A stretch of DNA of 64,000 bases, taken from contig OZ024758.1 in assembly GCA_964016885.1 (NCBI GenBank), positions 1,178,001-1,242,000 on the forward strand. Direction: 5' to 3'. The notes beneath the pieces are model-generated. The model saw only the letters and a program-made list of their open reading frames with translations. It did no database searches and was not told where the DNA came from. The position numbers and the translations under genes are program-made. How positions within the stretch are numbered: position 1 is the stretch's first letter; each line of letters begins with the position of its first letter. The stretch is from Eledone cirrhosa. Its lineage: Eukaryota. Of this stretch, positions 12,613-27,252 are shown piece after piece.

Positions 12613-12989
12613 ATATATATATATATATAAATATATATATATAAATACATCAGAATTTTGAAATTATGTAGAATTATAAAATTGTGAAGAATTCTAAAAC
12701 ATTAAAAGCCAATTGTACACAAATTCCCTCAGTACCTTCAACTTTTAAGCCCACCATTACCATTATTGGAATTATCATACCGGATAATCCCAACCCATAT
12801 ATTCATACTGTAAACATGTAACACAACCTTGCAACAATGTGAACTCCGTTAAATATGACAAAAGTCCAGATGCACAAAATAAGTTAAAGCCCCGTCTTTG
12901 GCCCACAGATAGAAACGTAGCTCGGATATCAAAGAGTCACCTCAGTTAGAGCCAGTACTTTGAATTGAAAGACCACAGCTCCGATACTA

Positions 12990-13258
12990 AGGGAATGTGG
13001 TTAGAATTTCTCCACTCCAGGCCTGAATACAGTAGATTTCTTCCAGAGAAGGATAGAGAGAGTAAGAGAAAGGAAGTGAGAAAGAGATATAGAGGAAGGA
13101 TCGACCCCAGTACGTGACTGGCTCTTTTTTTATAGACCATGAATGGATGAAAAGTAAAGTTGACCTCGACGGGATTCGAACTCAGAGAGCAGAGAGTCGA
13201 AATAAACACTTTAAACCATTCTATCCGACGTTTTAACGACTCTGCCAATTTGCCGCCT
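12990..13258 (-). mobile_element. SINE, diverged subfamily with a longer tail
   Basis: Same head and core on the minus strand; tail shared with 60710-60900. Confidence 0.7.
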
Positions 13259-13549
13259 AAATTATATTACATAATCATTAAATAAAAAAAGGATATAATG
13301 AATAATTTAATGCCTCTAAAAACGGGAAGGCCACGTCTGGCGTGCCTTTGATCATAAGTCTACACTATCGATGTTGACGTTGTGTTAAACGACTTCAACA
13401 ACAACTAAAACAATGTTCCCGCGATAATCAAGGTTGTTACGGCTTGAATATTTCTGATCCTAGATGTGTTCGATTAGGACCAATCAACTAAAGCTAATCA
13501 ATAGGGATGTCCTCTTCCCGAGTAGCAACAGCAGGAATACAACCAGTAA

Positions 13550-13710
13550 AATAATGGTTTCTACTATAGGAACAAGGCCAGCAATTTTTGCTACTTTATT
13601 TTATCGACCCCGTAAGGTCGGTGGGATTAGAATCCAGACCGTAAAGGGCCGTAACTCCATGCTGAAAGGCATGGCGTCCCACTCTCTACCGATACTGCCA
13701 ATCCAATGCC
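13550..13710 (-). mobile_element. SINE copy, internally deleted
   Basis: Reverse complement of the 9108 family. Confidence 0.8.
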
Positions 13711-14737
13711 CTTACAACCAGTATAACAACAATAACAACAACAACTGGTAATACCGTAGCAAACAACGCCGACACTAACGAGAGGATTAAGAAAGGAAAC
13801 TAACAAGAGAACATGCATGCAGTCGCTGGAGCTGCTAGACATAGCAGCCAATTCTTCTTCAAGTTACCCCACCTAAACCCTACTTAGATAATACATTCCT
13901 AGACAGAAAATGAAACACTTTGATCGCTGTTAAAATACTTTTGATTATAGGATATTTTTATACATAGTTTATTTTATATTTTTTAATTATTAAATTGGTT
14001 TTGTTATACATTTTTACTCAATCTCATTGTAAACCCTCAGTCTCTGTCTTTGTATTGTGGGCCACATGTCGGCCCTTGTGGCCAATATATGAAATCATTA
14101 TAGGTTTACACTGTCAGTGTTGACCTGTAGCTAAACAACATCAGTATTATGAAGATGAAACTAAATAGTTGTAGTAGTATAATACAGCTGAAGCAGACAG
14201 CGCTGCTTACGTTACTATTATGAGTAATACTGAACAGTTATCAGTCTGTGATGGGACATCGGTGGCGATTGGCTGGACATATCGTTGCTATCAATGATAC
14301 CCCCCCCCCTCCTTCCTATCATAACTTCCACTCGGCCACTCGTTAGTTTTCACAACTATCAACTACAGCCAACGTCACTACCGCCTTATAACTATTACCT
14401 CTACTACTACCATCACCACCACCACCACCATCACCAGCACTGCCATCACCACCACCACCACCATCACCAGCACTGCCATCACTACCACCACCACCACCAC
14501 CACTGCCACAACCACTACCATCACTACCACCACCACCACCACCACTGTCACCACCACCACCACTGCCACCACCACTACCACCACTACAACCACTACCACC
14601 ACCACCACCACCACCACCACCACTACCACCACCACAACCACTAACACGACGACCACCACCACCACTACCACCACCACTACCACCACCACCACCACTACCA
14701 CCACCACAACCACTACCACCACCACCACCATCACTGA

Positions 14738-14955
14738 GGGCGGTGGATTGGCATTATCGGTAGAGAGTCGGACCCCATGCTTTGCAGCATAGAGTTACAG
14801 CCCTTTATGGTCTGAATTCAAATTCCGCCGCGGTTAACTTTGCCTGTCATCCATCACGGGGTCGATAAAATAAAATACCAGTAACAAACTGGGTCGATTT
14901 AATCGACTCCCCCCACCCCAAATTACTGGCCTTGTGCCTATACTAGAAATCATTA
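14738..14955 (+). mobile_element. SINE copy
   Basis: Same head, core and tail as 9108. Confidence 0.85.
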
Positions 14956-16149
14956 CAATTGCAAGACTAGAAATGTGTGTGTGACTGCACGTGTGTATTT
15001 TCGATGGTCTCTGCTCCCCAATTCACGTCTACCAACTCTTCTCATAATTCTGTAATGCGGTTAGTGTATCGGTCATCCCGAAACAATAGTAGAAACAATT
15101 TTCCGTGCTGTTGGTACGAATCTAGAAGCACATGGCTGTGAAGCTGACATTTTTATAAATATGGAAATAGGTTCAGATCACTCTGTTTGTAAGTCAATAC
15201 CCACGCTGAACCTCGAAAATAAAAACCTGAGACCTTTCAGTTAATTATTGTTTTCCGCTTTGCCAAAGTTCCGAATAGTTTATTAAACCTGGACAATAAA
15301 ACCGAATTTATCTTTACTAGTTCCTTTCATTACACCGAAAAGTATTGGTAATCTAAGCTTGTTGAGTATGTCATAAAATATTGAATAGAAACTCGAAGAA
15401 AGTGAAATAGCGAAATATATGAGGGGAAAGGGAGCTTTCGAAATGACGTGTTTGAAAATTCAAATTCGTGGTACATATTTATATAGGGTTAGCAGAAACA
15501 GTACCTAGAGCAGCATTTCTAACACTGTTGACTCTTGTGGAACCCTGAAAATAATTTCCATATCTTAGGGAACCCCAAATCCTAAACAGACACAATTAAG
15601 TGTTATAATTTATTTAGTCTGATGTTTACTATATTCGTCTACTAAAATATATGCCATTTATTAACAAACTAAGTAGTAGAATAATCTTGAACTGTCTTCA
15701 TTATATCAGCTTTTAAAAGCATAAAGCCATTTGCTTGATTTCAATATGTGAAACTAAACGTTGGTAAGTAGTTTGCTAAAGAAAGGTTATAACCTTTGAT
15801 AAAAATGTCTGCACTTGTATACAAAACGGATGACGTCAAGGGAGGGGTATATATAACAATATATTGTATCTTCTGATAGCACTACGCCAGACAACCAAAT
15901 CCTTCGGATAGACATTGAGCGTCTGTACACGTATGTCTGTCCGTGTGTGTGTGTGTGTGTGTGAAAGAGATAGAGAGAAGTGGGAGAGACAGATAATATA
16001 TGTGTAAGTGTATGTGTCGGAGAGAAAGAGGTGAAGTGAGTAAGAGAGTGAGAGAAGTTCTAAAAGAGAAATACACAGACCATTACTGTATTACTAGATA
16101 AAGTTTATTACAAATTGTATATCTGAATATTTATTTGCATTTATTAAAT

Positions 16150-16550
16150 AATAATTGTTTCTACTTTAGGCACAAGGCCAGTAATTATCCAGTACATTAC
16201 TGGTACTTTATTGTATCGACCCCGTAAGGAAGAAAGGCAAAGTTAACCTCGGCGGGATTTGAACTCAGACTGTAAAGGGACGTAACTATGCTAGAAAGCA
16301 TGGTGTCTGACGCTCTACCGATTCTGCTAATCTAGATTTATTTATATATTGCCACAAGACTGCGAGGTCTTAGATAAATAACAGACGAATATATCTATCA
16401 AAATTGTTGAATATTACTAAATTTTCTCGACCCCGGGAATATGAAAGTAAAAGATCACCATGGCGGTCTTTGAGGGCAAAATGTAAAGGGAGTTAACTCA
16501 ATATCGCAAAATAGTTTGTCCGGGAATTTGTACTGATTCTGCCATTGCAA
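16150..16550 (-). mobile_element. Two SINE copies (16150-16335; diverged 16415-16550)
   Basis: Reverse-complement matches to the family. Confidence 0.8.
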
Positions 16551-16746
16551 CACCCTACTAAGTAATGATTAATGAATCTTTAGATAGACACGGAAGTATG
16601 TGAAATAGAATTTCTTGAAATTGGTATTGAAAATAAGTGCGTACCTTTGTATGTATATACTAGTATGATTATACAAGTAAATATGTATATATGTATCAAT
16701 GTATGTATAAACACACCCAAACAAACACACACTCACGTATGCACAC

Positions 16747-16840
<94 letters not shown>

Positions 16841-17414
16841 TAGTATAATAAAATACAGAAACTTGAAGATCGAAAATTGCAAAAATGTATTCAATACCAC
16901 CTAACAACATCAATAGAACTCCAGTTGTCATAGAAGCTTAGGGCTCGATGCTCCTTAACCTCAGAGGATATCTTCTGCAAATACAACTCGAATCATAAAT
17001 CATAAATTACTCTCCCACAAAAGACTGCACTGTTGGGAAAATTATTCATCCAAGTGATCTATTATGAAGTAAAATTATTCAACCAAGTTATTTAATATAT
17101 TTGTAGGGCACAGAAACTTACTGTCATTTTGAAAGCGGAATTTTGCTTCATTTCCCAAACAAGCTTTTAAAAGGTTGTTCTTCCCCATCGTTTAACTCAT
17201 TGATCTGAGAGAAAAGATTTTGTGTGAGATATCCAAGTGACTACAACTGCTGGTAAAAAGAATACAAGAAAAGTGTTCAAGTAAATTCGGCGTAAAGATG
17301 TAAAGGAAAATGTATGTACAATTGGTGACCACACCTGATTATAAAGAGAAACATGGTTTCAAAATGATCAATTATTTGTTAGACGTACTCTTTTTTTGTT
17401 TGTTATTTGTTAAC

Positions 17415-17590
17415 TGGATTGGCAGTATCGATAGAGGGTCGAACACCATGCTTTGAAGAATAGAGTTACCTCCCTTTATGATCTGAGTTCAAATCCCGCC
17501 GAGGTTAACTTTTCCTTTCATCCTTACGGGGTCGATAAAAGAAAGTTTCAGTAATACACTGGGATAATTGTTGGCCTTGTGCCAAAAGTT
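17415..17590 (+). mobile_element. SINE copy
   Basis: Family match. Confidence 0.85.
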
Positions 17591-17669
17591 ATCATGCTGG
17601 TGCCCTGAGATATCTGCTCTTAAATGACTGAACCCTTCATAAGAGTAAGCACCCCCATGAATGTATATA

Positions 17670-17719
<50 letters not shown>

Positions 17720-17738
17720 TATATACACACACAAATAA

Positions 17739-17781
<43 letters not shown>

Positions 17782-19836
17782 CGTGGGTGCGTATGTGTGA
17801 GTGAGCATAAAGGACTACCAGATTTTATTATTTCAGGTAAGGTAAAAGGGACGTTAGAGCCCCATATATTCTTTCGTGTGTTGTTTTTGTCGAACTCGCT
17901 GTGTGCTTTACACATCACATTTTTATTTCACATGATACATTCAACAGGGATCCTATATATTCATTAGATCAATTTAGACGTCCGTATAGAGCTAGTAAGA
18001 CATAACAGACTAGGGTAAATATGTAGTACTTATTACAGTTGGTAATCAAACAGAGCTTGTGAGACAAGTAGTTAAAAAAATTAAGTTCCTAAAAAACGTG
18101 ACAACTGGGGATGATATGTGAGTCTACATGTCGGAACCAGAGGTCTTAGATCATTCATTTAAGATTAATCTACCAATGTCGCCACTCATTAGGGTCTTTA
18201 TATAAATCAAAAGAATCCTGAATATTTTATTCAGTTCCCGATACATTAAATATCAAGAACAGGCACCAGAACGTCAAACAGTTACAAAAGAATATACCAT
18301 AAAGAAGTCAAATTAATGTTTAATTTATTTCGGTGCAAGACAGCTTATTCACTGAGGTATTGTGAAAAACATCTCTACGGTGTTCAGAAGGTTTTGAACA
18401 CACATTCTGTTTCAGTTAATATTCATTTAATACCTGTTACTTCACAGAATTACAGATTAGCTTGTCAAATACATTCTCACCTTTTGAAAGAAGAATTATT
18501 CGGATTAGCAGTTTTTTATGTTTGTAAATAGCAATTATTTTGACATTTCTGAAGACTTATTGTATAACATATTTTCCGATCTAGACAGATGGATACTCAA
18601 AAGTGCATGCCCACCTCTCATATAACTTTAGCATTTCAGCCGTAATGTTATCGTTTCATGCGTTGTATTTTATATACTGCTGTATACATACTTCTTTCAT
18701 TCACGTGTAAACTTATATAGTGTTAAGTGTTAAAATAACGGAGAGGAAATGTTATTAGCCATGTCTTTGAAACATTAATACATACTTTGGTATTTGTTAT
18801 GGACTTCTTTTCGGATAACATTTTCCTGCTATTTAATTCCAACATATATATTTTTAATGAGATTTCTCTTGTACTGTCTCCAGACATTATAATTACTATT
18901 AAATTAGATTGAATTCTAAAGAAGAAATTTAGAGAATAATTATCATTAAAATAATTAAATAGTAAAAAGGAATAATATTCAATAAATACCCATATGATTT
19001 ATTATGAATTTATTCTAAGATTACAATTAATAATTTTCGGTTAATATCTGTTTATAACAAACAAAATATTGGTTAAACCTGTGATATTATATGAGTATAT
19101 ATATATATATATATATTCTGAATTGAGAGATCACAGCCCATATTATGGGTATTTGTTTAGAATGTCGTAGGAAAGAATTGCTGGACAGATTTTACGGGCA
19201 AAACCAACCGGCAGAAAACCCAGGGTAGACCACGGGCAAGATGGTTGTGTTACACTTGGAGATACAGCCGAATCAGTTGGAGACGTTTGCTTCTGATAGG
19301 AGTTGTTTGAGGACTCTGCACCCACGTCACTCTCAGGAATAAGTGGAAGAAGAAGAAGAAGAAGAAGAAACAATAACAGAAGACAGCGGCCTCTGCACGC
19401 TCTACATTCCAATGTGTAGCCCTTTCACCTTTTATACCTTTAACAAGATAATTACATTATCCAAGAGAAAATTATAAACGAGAACTTTCCATCTACCACC
19501 TAGAGTTGAATCAAGTTCAAATGTCATTCACGCGTGATTGGAAACGAACACGCGACCAATACCACTGACAAGCCACCCACTTTTAATTTAATCCGTTCAG
19601 TATATCTGTTTTTAACAAACCAAGGAAGAAAATGTCATTGGGTAAAATAGATTTGAAATAGTTCACTGCTGCTATTGTTAAGATCGCAGCATGTAAAATT
19701 GCAATCATTGTATATGTTATTGTATTTGACAATAAACTCAGGTCAAATCAGTCAAGTTAATGGATGTCATACTAAGTTCTAAATTAATCACAATGCATGC
19801 CACTCTGAGTACCCGCATTGATACGTATGTATGTCC

Positions 19837-19887
<51 letters not shown>

Positions 19888-19920
19888 TGGATGGATGTAT
19901 ATTTGTATATATATATATAT

Positions 19921-20080
19921 ATATTTAATATAGAAATGCTTCTACAAGACTAGAACTGTTTCATGATTTCTCCCGAATGAAACAGTTCTAGTGCTGTAGA
20001 AGCCTTTCTATATTAAATATTTATACTCTGCTGTATATTGAGTACCTTACTTACTGTGGTTACCTCCGATTGAACCCGGG
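19921..20080 (+). mobile_element. Family B fold-back element
   Basis: Arms 19921-19964 / 19977-20020; the axis spans ATGA-TTTC tccc GAAT-GAAAC; 3' end ...GAACCCGGG-(AT)n. Confidence 0.75.
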
Positions 20081-20140
<60 letters not shown>

Positions 20141-20347
20141 ATGTAGGATTAACAAATTAAGAAAAATTATCCGCAGCTAAGACCAATAGCTCATACAAGA
20201 TTCATTCGTTTGACAACTAAGAAACATTGGAAAACAGAACAGTGTTGTACTGAATATCTAGTCAGACTAACATACATGTACTAATCTAAATATACACATA
20301 GAAATACGTTCATATATATATATATAGATAAATAGATAGATAGATAG

Positions 20348-20384
<37 letters not shown>

Positions 20385-21112
20385 AGGAGAGAGAGAGGGG
20401 AGAGAGAAAGAGAGAGAGAGAAATGGGCATTTTTGGCAGCATCTACATGAGGTCAAACCCACAGACTTTAGCATTGCCTTTCATCCATACGGGGTCGATA
20501 AAATAAAGTACCAGTAACACTCTGGGGTAGATTTTTCGCCCCCCCCCCCCCCAAAAAAACACCATTATACCAATACGAAGTGAATTACGTTTATATCGAA
20601 TTAATTACACTCAAGATGGTTTTCAATGCTAGTCCCTTGTTAGAAATATAGATGTGTATTAAAAGAAGAATAAATACATAATGAGGAAGGGCCTAACAGG
20701 TAGTTAACTGAATAGGGTAAAAAAGGACATTTAAGTAGGTGGTTGGTTTATTGAATGGATGGTGGAGTGTATAGATATATAGACGTACAGGTAATTTGGT
20801 GGGGGCTAGCGAATGTGAGAACCTCAAGTATATGTAGGTGTGCGTAAAGAGAATAGAACATTGTGAAAAGTGTAAAAGGAAGAAAGAAGGAAGCAAGGAG
20901 GTTTAATACGGTTGATGAAGATTAGGACGAGAAAAGGTGTTGAATGGGATGTCTACACAGAAAATATAGGAGAAAGAAAACCAGACATTTGATATTTAAC
21001 TCTACTGGAAAACAAACAGATATACAAAACTATAAACCTGATTTCTCGTAGACTGTCTATTTCTCACCCTCTCTCTCTCTACCTCTAGCAATTTGCGTTT
21101 TTTCCACTTTCA

Positions 21113-21238
<126 letters not shown>

Positions 21239-21262
21239 CCACACACACATATATATATATAT

Positions 21263-21340
<78 letters not shown>

Positions 21341-21610
21341 TGAGAGATGTACACACATAATGAAACATGTATATATATGTATATATATATATACAGAGGC
21401 AGACTGGGTCTAAAAATATTGGTTGCCAGGAGATGAAGGGGACCCACCTACATATAGAATGCTATCATTTAATTTTTATAATGAATAAATAACATTTTCA
21501 AAAAATACATAAGTGCAATCAAATTTTTGCGGGAAAATATCTTAACTTCTCCAATAAAAATATTATGTATTTTGCGAAATCCAGAGACTTTCAATAATGA
21601 CCAGAAGTCG

Positions 21611-22766
21611 ACCCTAAATATTACTAATAGTTCTTGTTTTTTCAGTTTTTTTTTCTATTGGTTGTAAAATAAAAACTGAAAAAGATTACATGCACCTCTT
21701 GACCAGGATTGAACCCAAGACCAGGATCTCCACCGTCTCTAGTATCTACCGCTAGGCCACTGAGACAACTACGTAAAACTTATGAAAATTTATACTTATA
21801 AACCTACTTTCAAAATTTTGAAAACAAAGTGTTGTGGTGTCGTTCATGTCTTTCTTAATGTTATTGCTCCTACTTAATGCCGACTTCTAAATCATTTGGG
21901 TGTTTCATAAACTATAACCTCGTTTTGTTTCACATCTATCTAGACTATATTTTAACCTGTAATCCATGTTTCATTTCTGTTGCACCTCATTTCTCCGCCC
22001 CCCCCCCCTCTCTCTCGTTCTCTCTGTGATATTTGAATCTGCTATTATTTGGTCTTACTTCATTCAAATATATATGTTTTTGCATGTCAGATTCACACTT
22101 ACAATCATTGGCATTATATATATATATTATTTGTTTGTTAAAATAATCAAATTAAATTAATTCAACAGTTAAACAGACATAGGAATAATAAGGGCTAAAG
22201 GGCCAGAAGATTGACAAGACAATCCTAAATATTACTAATAGTTCTTGGAAAGCCATGAACGACACCACATCTTTTAAACTTTGATTTTGAAAGTAGGTTT
22301 ATAATTATCAATTTTCATTACAATTTTGTAATTGCCTCGGTGGCCTAGTTGGAGGAATCATAGACGGTGGTGATGCTGGTCTGAGGTTCAATCCTGGTCG
22401 GGAGTAGAGTTCCCGGTAAACCTTTTCAATTTTTTCTCTAGGTTGTAAAATAAAAAAAAATGAAAAAGGCTACATGTATCGCTTGACCAGGATTGAACCC
22501 AAGACCAGATTTTCCACTGTCTCTAGTACCTACCACTAGGCCACAGAGACAACTACTAAGGTCTTATGAAAATTCATACTTATAAACCTACTTTCAAAAT
22601 TTTCAAAACAAAGTGTTGTGGTGTAGTTCATGTCTTTCTTAATGTTATTGCCCCTACTTAAGGTCGACTTCTAAATCATTTGGGTGTTCCATAAACAACA
22701 CCCTCGTTTTGTTTCTCATCTATCTAGACTATATTTGAACCTGCAATCCATGTTTCATTTCTGTTG
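21611..22766. repeat. Direct repeat pair (~21611-21985, ~22425-22766) with an inverted diverged copy between; each has a tRNA-like A/B-box unit
   Basis: TGGCCTAG(C/T)GG ... GGTTCAATCC at 22335-22402 (+), ~21695-21770 (-) and ~22480-22555 (-). Confidence 0.75.
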
Positions 22767-23011
22767 ATGATGTTGCTGCTGTGGTCAGTTATGAATCTTG
22801 TAGCAAATCTTTGCAAAATGAATTTAGTATTTAGTCAGATATCTCTACGAACTCAAATAAAATGTGTCTTCAGTGATTATAATTAGCAGAATATCCAGTT
22901 ATTCAACATGGCTGCTATTTGTGGCAGTACGGTCGAAGGTAGTATTCATTTAAATTTAGTGAATAGTCTACCACGCCAATATTTGCGACCGGTCGCGAAG
23001 AGTATGCTTGG

Positions 23012-23044
<33 letters not shown>

Positions 23045-23260
23045 TGTATGTATGTATGTATGTATGTATGTATGTATGTATGTATGTATGTATGTATGCA
23101 TGTATGTATGTGTCTTTATGTGTGAGTTTTGTGTACTGATCAACACGGTGAAGATATTTATTAATTACATAAGCGATATTACATAACATGTCCTTGCATG
23201 GTTTCTCTATCAATGGTTTTTGTTACTTACTTGTATATCCCTGTGTCTACACACACACAT

Positions 23261-23302
<42 letters not shown>

Positions 23303-24809
23303 GCAATCTAAGGTACACAGACACTCACACACAATCCTATATATGTGTGTGCGTGTGTGTGTGATGTTTTTGTTGTGCGTGTTTATGTTTGCATGTGGAA
23401 ACACAAATGTGAATTCATACAAACCCCTTCACTCGATCACCAACATAAAACCACACAGAATTCTGTCTAATATAATATATAAATACAAAGATACACGTTT
23501 CTTTATACACACACACGTACCCCAAAACACACACAACGATGTGTAAACCGTCACTTCGATAAAGACGGTTTCAAAGAATAATACACACACAACAAGTTTA
23601 AAAAAGGAAAATAAAAAATAATAGCTTAATCTCTTAATCCAAGATTCTTAACAATTGGACAATGTGGCACCATGATTCACATCCGGCCCACACCGGGTCT
23701 ATGTATTCATTAAGCAATTTTCGACAGCTAATCACGCCCCGTGTGACATGTCGTCCATTGACAGCGCGCTCTGAGACCGACACTAAGTTAAAACGGAAAG
23801 GAAATAAAATAAAAAGAACTTGAGCTATAACAGTACTCTACTTGCTCTACTGAGAAGTTGGGGGTCCTTTCCTTCCCAATAGGAACAACAACACTAATAA
23901 CAATAGCAACAACAACACGAACAACAGCGAAATTATACGACAGAAGCCCACAAAGACATGGATGAAGAGGAAAAGAAATAAACAAAAGAAAAAGAAATAT
24001 ATATACAGGAGAGACTATTTTTTTTTTTTAGGGTTCAATGGCTATTTTTACAAAAAAGAAGCCGGTCTTTTTAGATTGTAGTCTCGGAACAGAATGTAAA
24101 TGTTCAAATGCAGTAGTTGTAAGTTGAAGGATCAAACTAAAAAGAAAATTGTATGAATGAGCAAATGAATAACGAGATAAGTAAAGAAAAAAAAAGCCCC
24201 TCAAAGAAGCAAAAGAAAAACTGAATGGGGATATAAAGACAAACTTTAAAACTAGCAAAAGAAGTGGAAATACGTAATAAAGAAATAGGTAAAACGAAAT
24301 TGAATAGAACATGAACGGAAAGGTAACGAGAATAACTAAAAGTAAGATGAAATGAAATAAAATGAGAAGAGACGGAAGGAAATGAGAATATAATTTGAAG
24401 AGCTAGAAAAAAGGGATAAAGAAAAAAAATGCATGAGAAAAAGATTAGAGAAAGAGTTCACTTGGAATGAAGTTTAACAGAGCTGAATATGTATTGTTAT
24501 GCGGACTCACACAAAGATCTATGTAACATCATTTCTCTAATAAAGATATGTAGAAATCATCTCGTATTTAAATGGGCGAACATCGGAGTCATTTACTTCT
24601 TACTCCCCCCCCCCCCCTTCTGCTCCTCCTTCTCCTCCTCCTCCTCCTCCTACTCCTCCTCCTCCTCCTTTACCTACCAATGTCAGTCAGTTGTTGCAAG
24701 TAATTGATAAATTAAATGATTGTAACTCCAAATTCTCGTAAAATCTACATTTACCTTTCTTTTTTTTTCACCTATTCTCGTTTACATATCTCTTTATCTA
24801 TCTACCCCC

Positions 24810-24878
<69 letters not shown>

Positions 24879-24948
24879 TCTATCCATCCATCTATCTATC
24901 TTTCTATATATGTAAATATATATATATATATATGTATATATGGATGTA

Positions 24949-25013
<65 letters not shown>

Positions 25014-25139
25014 TATGCTCCTTTCACGAGTGTTCTTACTACTGAATGAAATATCTAATATCTGAATCCATGAGGCCATGGCGTCAGAAATGGCGGCTAC
25101 AATTGTATTTCTCTTCTCTGTGAATGAAGGAAAATGATG

Positions 25140-25866
25140 CTGTAAGATTTAACATGTTGCTGGGTCTGAAGTATAGACAGATTTTGAATGTGGTATGACG
25201 ATGTCCAACTCAATATAGTTGGACGTTGCATACATGTGAAGATAAATAAGGGAAATTAATTAAAAGGATGCGAAAGTATATTGGGATCTCGGTTTTGTTT
25301 GGAGTTTAATCTTCTAAATTATCACCCAGAGGTACATTCTCTAGCTTTGAAAACAGCCGATTTATTCAAGAGAAAGAAGGAGAAAAGGAAAGAGAGCGAG
25401 AGAGCGAGAGAGAGAGGGGGTGGGGTGAAAAAGAAGAAATGTATAAATAACATATGGTGATACAGAGATAGTACATTTGTTATTGACCTGAAGAGGTGGG
25501 AAGACAATATTAAACTCGGCAAGATTAGAAATTAGAGAGGTTGCGAGCCGGAACGAATTACCTCTGGCTTGAAGATCCATAAGCTTGCAATAATCTATAA
25601 GATTTCGGCTCTTCCACGTTCGGACCATATCCTTGTAGTTGTGTTTAGAAGGAATTCTATACTAAGAACGTGTGTTACTACATAGATGTATTTATATCGC
25701 CATTCTATAGAAGTGATTGGCCGTCTTTAAACCTATGTTGATGCCTCGACAAATTGATCCACCTCTCATGTCAAATATACATTATTCTATGTACTATACA
25801 TGCACCTTTGATGAGTTGTAGTGCACCTGAGCATTGTACACAATAATTTCATTATTGTTATTATTA
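25140..25866 (+). mobile_element. Degenerate LINE 3' fragment (CR1/L2-like)
   Basis: Non-repetitive stretch ending in a hairpin-like 3' UTR and an (ATT)n tail; recognised by general resemblance only. Confidence 0.35.
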
Positions 25867-26369
25867 TTTTATATCTATAAGCATGAGATAAGTTATCTCC
25901 CTTCTCCCAACTTAAAAAAGAGTTGCTTTTCCTTTTCATTCCTTCGATGGTTCAATATACACATATAAGTGTGATGGACAGACAGACGAAGGAATAACTC
26001 CTCTTTTATAATTAGTTATATTTTTCAGTATTAGTTAATTATATCTATGTTTATTTACTCCGTATTTGAGAGAATAAGTACTCAATACTGAAGTGGAGTA
26101 TAAATACTGTTTATTATCGATACACTGTTCGATATCGAAACTACTGTAATATGCAAATAAATATTATAGATACTGCATCACTTCGTACTACTTACTCTAG
26201 ATACATTCTTTATATATACACCATATGTATGTAAGTATGCATGTACGTATATATGTATGCATATATATACACACTCACATACACACATGCTCACACACAC
26301 ACACATACACACACACAAACACATATGTATATATGTATATAGAAGTAGTTCCACAACAGTTACTTCACC

Positions 26370-26405
<36 letters not shown>

Positions 26406-26436
26406 ATATATATATATATACATACATATATATATA

Positions 26437-26506
<70 letters not shown>

Positions 26507-26783
26507 TTGTTTTCTCATAGAATAAATGTAAATATTATACCGTAACAAAAACAACGATAAGTGTTTTCGCCACCCAACATGTGTAATCTTATTCAAAAAT
26601 AGTAAAACATCCTTGATGGATTGGTTTAATCTCTACAATTGAATACTTCTGCAATACAATAACTACTTTCATCATCCTATTCTCACAATTCTGCCATTTT
26701 GTCCTGCATTTGGATACTAATCAAAATAACACATGTATATCTGTGCAAATACGTACAAAGTTTTATATATATGTCTGTGTGTG

Positions 26784-26815
<32 letters not shown>

Positions 26816-26830
26816 CATATATATATATTA

Positions 26831-26862
<32 letters not shown>

Positions 26863-27119
26863 CATCTATATATATTATATCATCTATATATACCATCTAT
26901 ATATATATATTATATCATCTGTATATACCATCTATATATATATATTTATATATTCATAGACAGTTTCAAACATATAAGTTTTATGTAGTCAAAATAATTT
27001 ATCGTTTTTGCATGAATGTTTTCTAAAATAAAATAGTTTTTTTAGACATTTTATATTTTATGCTCTATTATCTACAATTTATCATCTCCAACCATTTCAA
27101 TCCGCAAGTACACACACAC

Positions 27120-27252
<133 letters not shown>

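Noticed and set aside
19143-19412. 89-aa ORF with signal-peptide-like poly-Leu
   Set aside because: The hydrophobic run comes from a (CTT)n repeat, the start is non-ATG, and there is no recognisable domain.
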